Assembly (NCBI GenBank): GCA_021604725.1
Contig: BQJN01000005.1
Coordinates: forward strand, 614 to 64,613
Length of the DNA stretch: 64,000 nt
Reading direction: 5' to 3'
Origin: Lysobacteraceae bacterium
GTDB lineage: Bacteria; Pseudomonadota; Gammaproteobacteria; Xanthomonadales; BQJN01
Shown here: positions 52,936-62,696 of the stretch, piece after piece
How the letters are laid out: each line of letters starts with the position of its first letter
How positions within the stretch are numbered: the stretch's first letter is position 1
Made by a program: the position numbers and the translations under genes
Notes under the pieces: model-generated
What the model was told of the DNA's origin: nothing
The model's input: the letters and a program-made list of their open reading frames with translations, nothing else
The model's database searches: none

Positions 52936-54348
52936 ATGGAACAAGCCACTAACAGCAGCAACTTTGCCGCGCTCGATCCCGAGGTGTTGGAGCAGGCGCG
53001 CGTGTCGCGCGATCGTCGTTTCGATGGTCGATTCTACGTCGCTGTACTCACCACGGGCATTTATTGCAGGCCGATTTGTCCGGCGCGCATGCCGCGCCGG
53101 GAAAACGTGCGCCTATTCGCATCAGCCGCCGGCGCAGCCGCTGCCGGCTACCGGCCCTGCCGTCGTTGTCGGCCGGAGTATGCGCCGGGTACCGATGCGC
53201 CGTCGACCGAGTTGGTTGGACGGGCGATGGCGCGCATTGAATCGGGTTGGTTAGACCATGAATCGCCATCCGAGCTGGCGGGCCATTTCGGCATCAGTCG
53301 CCGTCACCTCGACCGACTATTCCAGGAGGTGGTCGGCGCGACTCCAAACGATGTCGCACGAACCAGGCGTTTGCATGCGGCTCGCCGATTATTGGATGTC
53401 GACGGCTTGACCTTGAGTGAAATCGCTCTCGCCGCCGGCTTCCCGTCCTACCGCACCTTTGACCGAGAACTACGCCAGGTCTATGGGCTATCGCCCGGTC
53501 AACTTCGCAAGGACCCACGACCGCAAGCCAGGTCTGCGGTGAACAAGCTGCAGATTCGTCTGACCCAGCCCTATGATTGGGTTCACTGGCTCGGCTTTAT
53601 GCGTAGTCGATCGATCGAAGGCATCGAGCAGGTCGATGGCGACAGTTACCAACGGACCACTGAACAGGGATTTCTAAAGATCAACCGCATCAACATGACC
53701 GTCGTTAGCGTCGAATTTACCAATCATGAAGGTGCGTTGGCCGAAGATTACCAACAGGTGAAAAAGCTGTTGGACGCTGACGCGCCAGTTGCAACTATCG
53801 AAGCGCGACTGGTAGACGCTGGACTGGGTATAGTTGCCAGGCAACCCGGCCTTCGAGTCCCTGGTTGTTGGGACCGGTTTGAGTTGGCCGTTCGCGCCAT
53901 TGTTGGCCAACAGGTGTCCGTGGCTGGTGCTCGCACCGTACTCGGAAGAATCGTTCGTCGTTTTGGCACCGAGCGCAGCGACGGCAAGTACAACTTCCCG
54001 TCACCAGAGCAGCTGGCCCAAGCCGAAACCATCGACCTCAACATGCCGCGTTCACGCGCCAATAGCTTGATTGCACTGAGTCGCCAGGTCGCTGAAGGTG
54101 ACCTGGATCTGAGCGGAGACATCGAAGCTGTCAAGCAACAGTTACTGGACCTGCCTGGTATCGGTCCGTGGACGGTCGGTTACATCGCCATGCGCGCCTT
54201 GGGTGATCCGGATGCCATGCCCCACAACGATCTGGCGCTGGTCAATGCCTGGAAAACCTTAAGCGATCAACCGCTAATGGAAGCGGCGAAGCAATGGCAG
54301 CCCTGGCGTGCCTATGCCGCAATGCACCTTTGGAGTCATCAATCATGA
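52936..54348 (+). CDS. Ada Zn-binding/AraC - AlkA DNA glycosylase fusion
   Basis: TTGIYCRPIC, RPCRRC, AraC HTH, GQQVSV, HhH LPGIGPWT, WQPWRAYA. Confidence 0.93.
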   Translation: MEQATNSSNFAALDPEVLEQARVSRDRRFDGRFYVAVLTTGIYCRPICPARMPRRENVRLFASAAGAAAAGYRPCRRCRPEYAPGTDAPSTELVGRAMARIESGWLDHESPSELAGHFGISRRHLDRLFQEVVGATPNDVARTRRLHAARRLLDVDGLTLSEIALAAGFPSYRTFDRELRQVYGLSPGQLRKDPRPQARSAVNKLQIRLTQPYDWVHWLGFMRSRSIEGIEQVDGDSYQRTTEQGFLKINRINMTVVSVEFTNHEGALAEDYQQVKKLLDADAPVATIEARLVDAGLGIVARQPGLRVPGCWDRFELAVRAIVGQQVSVAGARTVLGRIVRRFGTERSDGKYNFPSPEQLAQAETIDLNMPRSRANSLIALSRQVAEGDLDLSGDIEAVKQQLLDLPGIGPWTVGYIAMRALGDPDAMPHNDLALVNAWKTLSDQPLMEAAKQWQPWRAYAAMHLWSHQS

Positions 54349-54866
54349 ATTATTGTTATCACCTATCACCGCTGGGCCCGTTGCTGTTGGTCGGCGATGC
54401 TTCGGGGTTGTGGAAAATTGGCTTTCCCGAAGGCAAGGGAAAAGTCGAGCCGAGCGCGGATTGGGTTGAGTCAACATCAGGCCTGGAAACGGCACGGCAA
54501 CAACTTGACGAATACTTCGCTGGCGATCGACAGGTCTTTGACTTGAAACTAAAGCCACAAGGTACGAATTTTCAGTTGCAAGTATTGGCTGCGCTGCAGA
54601 CCATCCCGTTTGGCAACACAGCCAGTTACGCCGAAGTGGCCGAAAAAATCGGCCGCCCCAAAGCGGTCCGAGCGGTCGGTGCCGCCAATGGCCGAAATCC
54701 GTTACCCATTGTCATCCCCTGTCATCGCGTGATCGGTGCCAATGGTTCACTCACCGGTTTCGGCGGCGGTATGGCGGCCAAGTCTTATCTGTTAAGTTTG
54801 GAAGGCGCGCTGCCAGCAACGACGAACCGAGATCTATTTGAGCAAGCCAACAATACAGACAGCTGA
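54345..54866 (+). CDS. ogt: Methylated-DNA--protein-cysteine methyltransferase
   Basis: GTNFQ, RAVGAANGRNP, IPCHRV. Confidence 0.95.
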   Translation: MNYCYHLSPLGPLLLVGDASGLWKIGFPEGKGKVEPSADWVESTSGLETARQQLDEYFAGDRQVFDLKLKPQGTNFQLQVLAALQTIPFGNTASYAEVAEKIGRPKAVRAVGAANGRNPLPIVIPCHRVIGANGSLTGFGGGMAAKSYLLSLEGALPATTNRDLFEQANNTDS

Positions 54867-54912
54867 AAGTGGATTGGTCATTGCCATGCAGGTCGAGTCT
54901 TTTGCCGCCTGT

Positions 54913-55061
54913 GAGGCTGTTGCGAAACTGCAGCCGTCTCGATACACGGACGTATCGCAGATTTCGATGGGCCCTAAGCCATTGAAATGTAAGGAACCCG
55001 ATAACCACGCTTCTCGGGTTCCGTGGTGTTGCTAGACCAGGACCGACGATTGCAACACCTT
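54913..55061 (+). mobile_element. MITE-like repeat family A, copy 2 (uninterrupted, ~149 bp)
   Basis: GAGGCTGTTGCGAA...TTGCAACACCT; colinear with 28945-29253. Confidence 0.75.
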
Positions 55062-55199
55062 GCTATGCAGAACAAGCGGCCAAATCGAGGTTTCGATGAA
55101 AACCATGGTCCCTCAATTGATGCCTGCTCGCCGGCAATTCGATTCCGCCTTCCGTGGCAGAATCCTCATCGCGTTGGACGGTCGAGTCAACTACCCACC

Positions 55200-57812
55200 T
55201 TAGCGAGTCGTTGTTCCAAACCCATCAGCGAATAGTTGATCAATTGCACCGGCCAACTGCACCGCATAAGCACCCCGGCCGCGCGTGAACAGTGCCAAGG
55301 TGGTGGCACCGCGATCGATCGCCATATCCCAGATCATCACCGACGGCAGTCCAGCAGTGAACTTTTGCCAGACCGGTTCGGTTGCTGAAACATCATTTGT
55401 GAAGTACAGGCCCCAATCGGTGCCAGCGAAGACTTGGCCCGGCATGTTCGGGTTAACCATCACCGAGTTGGCGGGAATATCGGGAAGATTGCCTGATTTG
55501 TTGCGCCAGGTGAAAGTGGTGCAAAACGCATCGTCACACTCGACCTCGTAGATGTGGCCTGGTGTGGTCGGTGTATTTGCATCGAAGCCACCGACGGCCG
55601 CATAGAAAACATCGGTTCGTGTGCCGTGGGAAACGACATCCATGATCGGTCGGTTTGGTAGGTCAAGGTTGCCATCGGTCAGGTCGACCCAAGTGGCAGA
55701 ATTCGCGACGCCTTGACCCATACCGAAGCCGACCTGAACGTTGCCGTCGTTGGTTCCTGCAATCGCAATGCTCGGGTCCGGGATAGCGTGACTGAGCTGG
55801 TTGATGTAAGAGCGGTCCGCCAAAACGCCTTTGCTTAGATCCGGGCTGTTTGGATACCAGGATGAGCCATTCAAGCCACCAGTGATAGTCTCGAATACTC
55901 GGTTGGTAGCTGCCAACATCTGATCGCAGGTGGCGTTCGGGCAATCGTGCTTATGGATCTCAAAAGCGAACAGGAATGGCAACACGCTATCGCTTTCCCA
56001 CGGCCAATTTGATCCATTGTAGGGGCCGAAGGGGCCGTTGGTGCTGACCGCCATGTTGCCGCGCTGCGATTCTACATACCAACGGTTGCCTTGCTTGGGC
56101 TCGATTCGCGCATAGATGCCGTCACCGCCAAATACGTGGGTCCAGCCCACCGCCGAACGCTCGCCTTGGAAGGTGGCCACTGATGAGCCATTGTCCTGGG
56201 CACCGCCTGCAGCTGCGCCATCATGTCGGAAGGCGAACTCCTGACTGATGTCACCAGAGTAGAACTCGATGGTAGATAGCGACTCGGTCAATTGGGTGAA
56301 CTCGACTTGCGTTGCAGAAGGGGCGTCGGCGTTGTCCGAGTAGTAAATTCCGCCATCGCTACCAATCAAGATTCGGGATGGATCGCCATCAACGTAAGCT
56401 CGAGAATGGTGGTCAACGTGGACGAAATCCCCAGTGCCCGGTCCGCCAGCATAGCCGCAGGTGACATTGGTGAAGGTATCGCCGCCATTGTCAGAGCGAA
56501 AAAGATCAACCGTCGACATGTAAACCGTGTCCGAATCGAGCGGGTCGACCGACAGGCCCTGGTCGTACCAATTCTGCCCCCAATCACCGAAGCAACCCAA
56601 CAGATCGCTTGCCGTGGCGCGTTGTTGCCAGGTAACGCCGCCATCGGTTGTGCGCCAAACACCTAGCAAACCGCGCGTGCTCGGTGAGGCCACTTCGGCG
56701 TAGATAACGTCGTTGTCGGACGGCGCCATGGCGATATCTATCCGGCCCAGCGGGTTGTTTGGAAAGCCAACGCCGCCGCCGGTGCCACCTGGCCAACCGT
56801 TATCCGACCGACTTGATAGCGAGAAATCCATTGGGCAGCCACTGACTGGCAATGTGCCATAGTAGATGCCGTTGGCACCGCTCTCAGTTAGATCGGGTTG
56901 CACCGTTGTGTTGTGGCCGCGAGTACCAATCGCGACAACAAGCTCAGTATGCGTCGTGCGATCGATGGCCAGCAAACCAGTGGTGTCTTGACGTTGATCA
57001 CTAAATCCATTGGTGTAGCAGGGGCCATCCCAGTTCTGGCCGGCATCGTATGAAAGGTACAAGCCTGTCTTGGTGCCGACGATCACATTGTCTGAGTCAC
57101 GCGGGTCAACCACCACCTTGCCGATGGCTTGATACTGTGGGAAATTGCCGGCCGGTTGGTCGTAGACGGCATTGAACACATCCTCGCCCAGAATCTCCCA
57201 GCTGGCACCGCCGTTTGTGGTCTTGAGCAGGCCAGCACTACCGAACGAGAAGCTGCCGTAACGCAGGTCGCCGGTGCCGGCATAAAGAATATTCGGATCA
57301 GCCGGGTCCATGGTCATGTCGCCGATGGCGATGCTGTTTAGGGATGGGTCGTCGGTGGTTGGAAACCAGGTCGTATTGCTGTCGCAACAGTTCGTCGTTT
57401 TCCAAACGCCGCCACCATCGCTGCCGAAATAGGCAACTGAATCATCGCTTGGATCGCTGATGATCACATTGACGCGGCCGCCATAGTTGCTTGACCCACT
57501 CTCCAGCGGCTTCGGACCCAATGACACGAAACGGTCATCAGGCAGGATGCCGTCAAAGCCCAAGCCTTTTGCGGCACGCTCAACAACACCGGCAGGCAAG
57601 CCCCGCTCGATGGCTTGATCCTGCAGACGAGCCGCTGCAATCCAGCGTCCGTCGAACTGAAATGTTGGGTAGGTCAAGCGAACGGCCCAGTCATCACCAT
57701 CGGCTGGCGATTTTCCAGGCTTGCGTGGCGTCTCGGCTTCCGGCCACATTGCGATAGTGCCGGCCAGGACCAAAACGGCGGCACATAGCCGCCAGTAAAT
57801 TGAACTACCCAT
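55200..57812 (-). CDS. Secreted BNR/Asp-box beta-propeller protein (VPS10/GH74-like)
   Basis: Signal/anchor; GGRV, GGVWKT, repeated KTTNGG.SW, SYDAG..W, RTTDGG.TW, RSDNGG.TF, HVDHH. Confidence 0.85.
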   Translation of the reverse strand: MGSSIYWRLCAAVLVLAGTIAMWPEAETPRKPGKSPADGDDWAVRLTYPTFQFDGRWIAAARLQDQAIERGLPAGVVERAAKGLGFDGILPDDRFVSLGPKPLESGSSNYGGRVNVIISDPSDDSVAYFGSDGGGVWKTTNCCDSNTTWFPTTDDPSLNSIAIGDMTMDPADPNILYAGTGDLRYGSFSFGSAGLLKTTNGGASWEILGEDVFNAVYDQPAGNFPQYQAIGKVVVDPRDSDNVIVGTKTGLYLSYDAGQNWDGPCYTNGFSDQRQDTTGLLAIDRTTHTELVVAIGTRGHNTTVQPDLTESGANGIYYGTLPVSGCPMDFSLSSRSDNGWPGGTGGGVGFPNNPLGRIDIAMAPSDNDVIYAEVASPSTRGLLGVWRTTDGGVTWQQRATASDLLGCFGDWGQNWYDQGLSVDPLDSDTVYMSTVDLFRSDNGGDTFTNVTCGYAGGPGTGDFVHVDHHSRAYVDGDPSRILIGSDGGIYYSDNADAPSATQVEFTQLTESLSTIEFYSGDISQEFAFRHDGAAAGGAQDNGSSVATFQGERSAVGWTHVFGGDGIYARIEPKQGNRWYVESQRGNMAVSTNGPFGPYNGSNWPWESDSVLPFLFAFEIHKHDCPNATCDQMLAATNRVFETITGGLNGSSWYPNSPDLSKGVLADRSYINQLSHAIPDPSIAIAGTNDGNVQVGFGMGQGVANSATWVDLTDGNLDLPNRPIMDVVSHGTRTDVFYAAVGGFDANTPTTPGHIYEVECDDAFCTTFTWRNKSGNLPDIPANSVMVNPNMPGQVFAGTDWGLYFTNDVSATEPVWQKFTAGLPSVMIWDMAIDRGATTLALFTRGRGAYAVQLAGAIDQLFADGFGTTTR

Positions 57813-57985
57813 TCGATTCTCCCACGGAGTTAGTGTTTTTCGATCAGCGCAGCAGTGTGCCACGAATGGTGTGATGAAATGGTGAAAAAGTATTCAAGCT
57901 AACAAGACTGCTTCTGCCGTCCGCTCGCAGCACCGGAATGTCTGCTACGATGCGCGATCGATTACCATCAACAAAGAGGGATGTC

Positions 57986-59407
57986 ATGACATTCAAAGGC
58001 ATGGGTATTGTTGTTGCGCTGCTGGCTAGCTGGGGAGTCAATGCCGCTACCGAACAAGTAAGAGAACTTAACGGCACACTTTATGAAAAGCAGCGGGGCC
58101 AATGGATTCAAGTCGAATCCAGTGGTGATCGCTACGCTGTTGATTCTCGCGTCATCACCGTGAAATTTAAGCAAACGGCCGCTCGCAGCTCGCAATCTCA
58201 GCTGCATACCGCGATGAGAGGCTTCCCGATTCGCGAAGCGATTACCGGGTTCATCGATGTCGAACTGGCTCCGGATGACGATCCATTGGCTGCAGTTGAG
58301 CGTTACCTTGCCAGTGGTCTGGTTGAAGTGGCTGAGCCAAACACTTTTGGTGTGTACCATGCACTACCCGATGATCCCGACTACGGAACACAGTGGTACC
58401 TGCCTCAAGTGCGCGCCGAGGTACCTTGGGATTTTGCCACCGGTGATCCGAGTGTGGTGGTCGCGGTGCTCGATTCGGGCACCGAGTTCACGCACGAGGA
58501 CCTGGGGCTCGGTGCCGATGCGTACCAAAACGTGTGGCTTAACCCAGGCGAAGATGCCTGGAGTGATCCGGATGATCCCACCACAGGCAATGGTATCGAC
58601 GATGACGGCAATGGTTATGTCGACGACTGGAAAGGCTATGACTTTGACAGTGACAACAACGATGGTAGCGGCTCGTTTTTCCACGGTACCGCGGTGGCCG
58701 GCGTGGTGTCGGCAAAGTCCAACAATGGGATAGGTATCGCCAGTGTTGCTGGTGGCTGGAATGGCCCGGGAGCCAAAGTGATGATTGGTGGCGTTGGTGA
58801 ATCTGGGCCGAATGGCTCGGTTCTCGATGACGCCATTCTTTATGCGGCCGAGAACGGTGCCAACATTGTGCAGATGAGCTTGGGGGTTGGCACCAGCGCT
58901 GCCATTGATGCGGCCTTGCAAATGGCCTACGACACTTACGGTGTTTTGATTGTCTGCTCCTCCGGAAACAACGGCGACGATCAGGTTGGATATCCATCCT
59001 CTGATGAGCACGTGATTTCAGTTGGAGCAACCAGCCAATCGGATGCTCGAGCGAGCTTTTCTGAGCATGGACCCGGGGTTGAACTATCAGGTCCCGGCAC
59101 CTCGATTTTCACCTTGGACCTGTTCAATAGCTACGGTTCAACCAGTGGCACATCATTCTCCGCGCCTCTGGTTTCCTCTGTGGCAGCGCTGCTTTGGTCG
59201 TACGAACCGAGCTTGACCAATGTCGAGCTTCGGCAGTTGTTGCGAGACACCGCAGCCAGAACCGGGGGTTACGACTATAACTGGAACAAGGCGATGCCCG
59301 GTCACTCTTATGAACTGGGCTACGGCCGTGTTGATGCCTACCGAGCACTGTTTGCGCTGCTGCCCGACGTACTACAGGACAACGGGTTCGAGATACCAGG
59401 CAACTAA
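57986..59407 (+). CDS. Secreted S8 subtilisin-like serine peptidase
   Basis: Signal peptide; triad VLDSG, HGTAVAG, GTSFSAP; NGIDDDGNGYVDD insert. Confidence 0.93.
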   Translation: MTFKGMGIVVALLASWGVNAATEQVRELNGTLYEKQRGQWIQVESSGDRYAVDSRVITVKFKQTAARSSQSQLHTAMRGFPIREAITGFIDVELAPDDDPLAAVERYLASGLVEVAEPNTFGVYHALPDDPDYGTQWYLPQVRAEVPWDFATGDPSVVVAVLDSGTEFTHEDLGLGADAYQNVWLNPGEDAWSDPDDPTTGNGIDDDGNGYVDDWKGYDFDSDNNDGSGSFFHGTAVAGVVSAKSNNGIGIASVAGGWNGPGAKVMIGGVGESGPNGSVLDDAILYAAENGANIVQMSLGVGTSAAIDAALQMAYDTYGVLIVCSSGNNGDDQVGYPSSDEHVISVGATSQSDARASFSEHGPGVELSGPGTSIFTLDLFNSYGSTSGTSFSAPLVSSVAALLWSYEPSLTNVELRQLLRDTAARTGGYDYNWNKAMPGHSYELGYGRVDAYRALFALLPDVLQDNGFEIPGN

Positions 59408-59421
59408 TCAAGTTCGGGTTT

Positions 59422-59444
59422 GGCGCCTGCGTTGAACAGGCGCC
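59422..59444. terminator. Hairpin between convergent genes
   Basis: GGCGCCTG-CGTTGAA-CAGGCGCC. Confidence 0.5.
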
Positions 59445-59463
59445 CGGCTCAGACACTGTTCGG

Positions 59464-60153
59464 TCAAACCAGATACCAGTACACCACCAGGAAATGGCAA
59501 ATCGTGCCGCCCAGGACGAAAAGATGGAACAGGGCGTGGTTATAAGGCAGGGCCTTGATGCTGTAGAGGATGGCACCGAAGGTGTAGGAGATGCCTCCGC
59601 CGAAAAGAAGATACAGCCCGGGCGTGGACAGGTTTTGCACCAACGGTTCAATGGCGAACACGATCAACCAGCCCATAAACACATACATGGCGGTGGACAG
59701 CCGATCGAAATGTCCGGTGTAGAACAGTCTCAACACCACACCAACGGTGGCCATGGCCCAGGAAATACCGAAGATCCACCAACCAGTCGCACCTTTGAGC
59801 GCCAATAAGGAAAACGGCGTGTAGGTGCCAGCAATCAATAGATATATCGTGGCGTGATCAACAATGCGCAGACGCGTCCTTTTGGTGGCGTCACGTTGGC
59901 TGTGGTAGGCGGTGGAAGCAGCATACAAGGCGACCATGCTCAGGCCAAAGACGCCGGCACTAATCAGCACTGTGATATCGCCCGAGGGCCAGGCTTTTAT
60001 CAACAGCAGCACCAAGCCGAGCAAACTCAAACCCAGGCCCAAGGCGTGCGAGGCAATATTCAACCGCTCCTCAACCGCCGGGTAAAAATGGGCAGCAGCG
60101 CGGACGCGATCGCTTGGATCACGGTTCAAGGCGGGGTTACTCGAGCTTGTCAT
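59464..60153 (-). CDS. Hemolysin III / PAQR-family membrane protein (TrhA-like)
   Basis: EERLNIASH, STAYH, DHATIYLLIAGTYTP, HALFHLFV. Confidence 0.93.
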   Translation of the reverse strand: MTSSSNPALNRDPSDRVRAAAHFYPAVEERLNIASHALGLGLSLLGLVLLLIKAWPSGDITVLISAGVFGLSMVALYAASTAYHSQRDATKRTRLRIVDHATIYLLIAGTYTPFSLLALKGATGWWIFGISWAMATVGVVLRLFYTGHFDRLSTAMYVFMGWLIVFAIEPLVQNLSTPGLYLLFGGGISYTFGAILYSIKALPYNHALFHLFVLGGTICHFLVVYWYLV

Positions 60154-60568
60154 CGTCCTTTATTACCGGATCTTCACAGGGCGCTTCGGCTTCGAGATTG
60201 ACCTTTTCATCGGTGATGCGGGCCAGCATGAACGTGACGACCTGGGTGGTATACACCGGTTCCTTTTCGGCATTCGTTTCCGACGGCATGAACTTCCACT
60301 TCTTTACCGCTCTTTCAGCGGCCTTGCCGAACTTGGCAGGCGTTGGGTGCTCAACCAGAATCCGGGTCTCGTCGACCGAACCGTCGCTGTCAATGACAAA
60401 CCCGATCCGAGCGCAACCCTGGATACCGCGCTTGGCAGCCAGCCTGGGATACTCGGGTGCAACCCTTTTGGCGTGCACCCAATGGCTTCTCAATTGCGTA
60501 CCATGGAGTGCCAGCAAGTCATCACTATTGCCTGCACCAAGTGAAAGCGCGATCAATAATTCGATCAT
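60137..60568 (-). CDS. TonB C-terminal domain protein
   Basis: PEYPRLAAKRGIQG, FVIDSDGSV, AVKKWKF. Confidence 0.85.
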   Translation of the reverse strand: MIELLIALSLGAGNSDDLLALHGTQLRSHWVHAKRVAPEYPRLAAKRGIQGCARIGFVIDSDGSVDETRILVEHPTPAKFGKAAERAVKKWKFMPSETNAEKEPVYTTQVVTFMLARITDEKVNLEAEAPCEDPVIKDDDKLE

Positions 60569-60593
60569 TTCGTTTCCTTGTATAAGCGGAACG

Positions 60594-62633
60594 TTAAAGC
60601 TGCAGCGCCAATAGCGTTCCTTGCCGAATCGCCCGTTTGGCATCCAATTCGGCGGCTACATCGACGCCACCGATCAAGTGGGTTTCAACGTCAGACCCTT
60701 CAATCGCCGCAAAGTCATCCGCCAGCTGACGGGCTGGCAATTGGCCCGCGCAGACGATGACGTGATCGGCCTCGATCAACTGAGGCTCACCGTCGACTTC
60801 GATGTGCAAGCCAGCGTCATCAATCTTTGTGTATTGCGCGCCGCTGACCATATCGACCTGACCCTGGCGCAAGGCCAGACGGTGAATCCAGCCAGTGGTT
60901 TTTCCCAGACCGCCGCCAGGCTTGGATTTCTTGCGCTGCAGCAAGGTTAGCCTGCGAGCAGGTTTTGCTGGCGCAGCTTCTGTCAGGCCCCCTCGGTCAT
61001 CACCGTCCAGGTCAATGCCCCACTGCTTGGCGAACTGTTCGATTGTTGGCGGTTGAACGTCGTTTCGTTCGTGCAGCAAGAACTCGGCGACATCAAAGCC
61101 AATGCCGCCGGCACCGATAATGGCCACGCGCTCGCCAACTTTGGCCTTGCCACGCAAAACGTCGATGTAACTCAACACCTTGGCGTGCTCGATCCCCGGC
61201 AAGGTTAGCTGCCTTGGATTGACCCCTGTGGCGAAAACAACACCGTCAAACCCGCCCGCGACCAGTGAGCCGGCGTCGACCTCCGTTGATAGCTCAAGAT
61301 TAACGCCGGTCTGCTGCAGTCGACTGCGGTAGTAGCGCAGCGTCTCGTAGAATTCTTCTTTGCCGGGGATCTGCTTGGCCATGTTGAATTGACCACCGAT
61401 CTCGTTGGCACGATCAAACAGAGTGACTTGATGACCACGTTCCGCTGCGGTGACCGCGCAGGCCAGTCCAGCAGGACCTGCTCCCACCACGGCAATGTTG
61501 CGAGGCGTTTTGGTGGGTTGTTGTACGAGTTCCGTTTCATGGCAGGCAAACGGGTTGACCAGGCAGGTGGCCCGTTTTGCCTTGAAGGTGTGATCGAGAC
61601 AGGCCTGGTTGCAAGCGATGCAGGTGTTGATGTCCTGGCTGCGCCCGGCTTTGGCCTTGGCGACAAAGTCTGCATCTGCGAGGAAGGGCCGGGCCATGGA
61701 CACCATGTCGGCGTGGCCGTCGGCCAGCACTTTCTCGGCTACCTCGGGCGTGTTGATACGGTTGGTGGTGACCAGCGGAATGGAGACTTCCTTCTTCATT
61801 CGCGCCGTGACCCAGGTGAAGCCGGCTCTGGGGACCATGGTCGCAATGGTTGGAATTCTCGCCTCGTGCCAGCCAATGCCGGTATTGATAATGCTGGCAC
61901 CATCGGCTTCAACCCACTTGGCCAGTTTCACCACCTCATCCCAGCTGGAACCGCCTTCAACCAGGTCAAGCATGGACAGCCGAAAGATGATGATGAAGTC
62001 ATCGCCGACCGCGGCCCGTGTGCGTTGCACGATCTGCCTGGCCAGTCGGCATCTGTTGGCGTAGTCGCCGCCCCATTCATCGGTTCGCTTGTTGGTGCGA
62101 GCGGCGATGAACTGATTGATGAAATAGCCTTCGGAGCCCATGATCTCGACGCCGTCGTAGCCGGCGTCTTGTGCCAAACGTGCGCAACGGACAAAGCCCT
62201 TGATCTGTCGCTCCACACCGCCGCTACTAAGTTCGCTGGGCGTAAACGGTGAGATCGGGGATTTCAGTTTGCTGGGGGCGACCGCAAACGGGTGGTAGGC
62301 ATAGCGACCGGCATGCAGAATCTGCATGCAAATCTTGCCGCCTTCGTCGTGCACCGCGTCTGTGACCAAACGATGCCGCTTGACTTGCCAGCGGCCGACC
62401 AGGTTTGAGGCAAACGGGGCCAGCTCACCGCGCAAGGTCGGAGCGATGCCACCGGTGACGATAAGGCCAACGCCACCACGCGCTCGAGCGCCGAGAAAGG
62501 CCGCCAGCTTGGGGTAGTTGCTGGCGCGATCTTCCAGCCCCGTATGCATCGAGCCCATCAGAACCCGATTGGCAATTTCGGTGTGCGGCAGCTTTAGTGG
62601 TGCCAGCAGCTTGGGATACGTCTGTTCAGTCAT
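60594..62633 (-). CDS. fadH: NADPH-dependent 2,4-dienoyl-CoA reductase
   Basis: MGSMHTGLE, GIGWHEARIPTI, CIACNQAC, GAGPAG, GKTTGWIH. Confidence 0.97.
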   Translation of the reverse strand: MTEQTYPKLLAPLKLPHTEIANRVLMGSMHTGLEDRASNYPKLAAFLGARARGGVGLIVTGGIAPTLRGELAPFASNLVGRWQVKRHRLVTDAVHDEGGKICMQILHAGRYAYHPFAVAPSKLKSPISPFTPSELSSGGVERQIKGFVRCARLAQDAGYDGVEIMGSEGYFINQFIAARTNKRTDEWGGDYANRCRLARQIVQRTRAAVGDDFIIIFRLSMLDLVEGGSSWDEVVKLAKWVEADGASIINTGIGWHEARIPTIATMVPRAGFTWVTARMKKEVSIPLVTTNRINTPEVAEKVLADGHADMVSMARPFLADADFVAKAKAGRSQDINTCIACNQACLDHTFKAKRATCLVNPFACHETELVQQPTKTPRNIAVVGAGPAGLACAVTAAERGHQVTLFDRANEIGGQFNMAKQIPGKEEFYETLRYYRSRLQQTGVNLELSTEVDAGSLVAGGFDGVVFATGVNPRQLTLPGIEHAKVLSYIDVLRGKAKVGERVAIIGAGGIGFDVAEFLLHERNDVQPPTIEQFAKQWGIDLDGDDRGGLTEAAPAKPARRLTLLQRKKSKPGGGLGKTTGWIHRLALRQGQVDMVSGAQYTKIDDAGLHIEVDGEPQLIEADHVIVCAGQLPARQLADDFAAIEGSDVETHLIGGVDVAAELDAKRAIRQGTLLALQL

Positions 62634-62696
62634 GTACCATTACCCTTCCATACGGTGGCGTATTGTTGCGCAAACACGGTAACGGAAGCAAACGAA

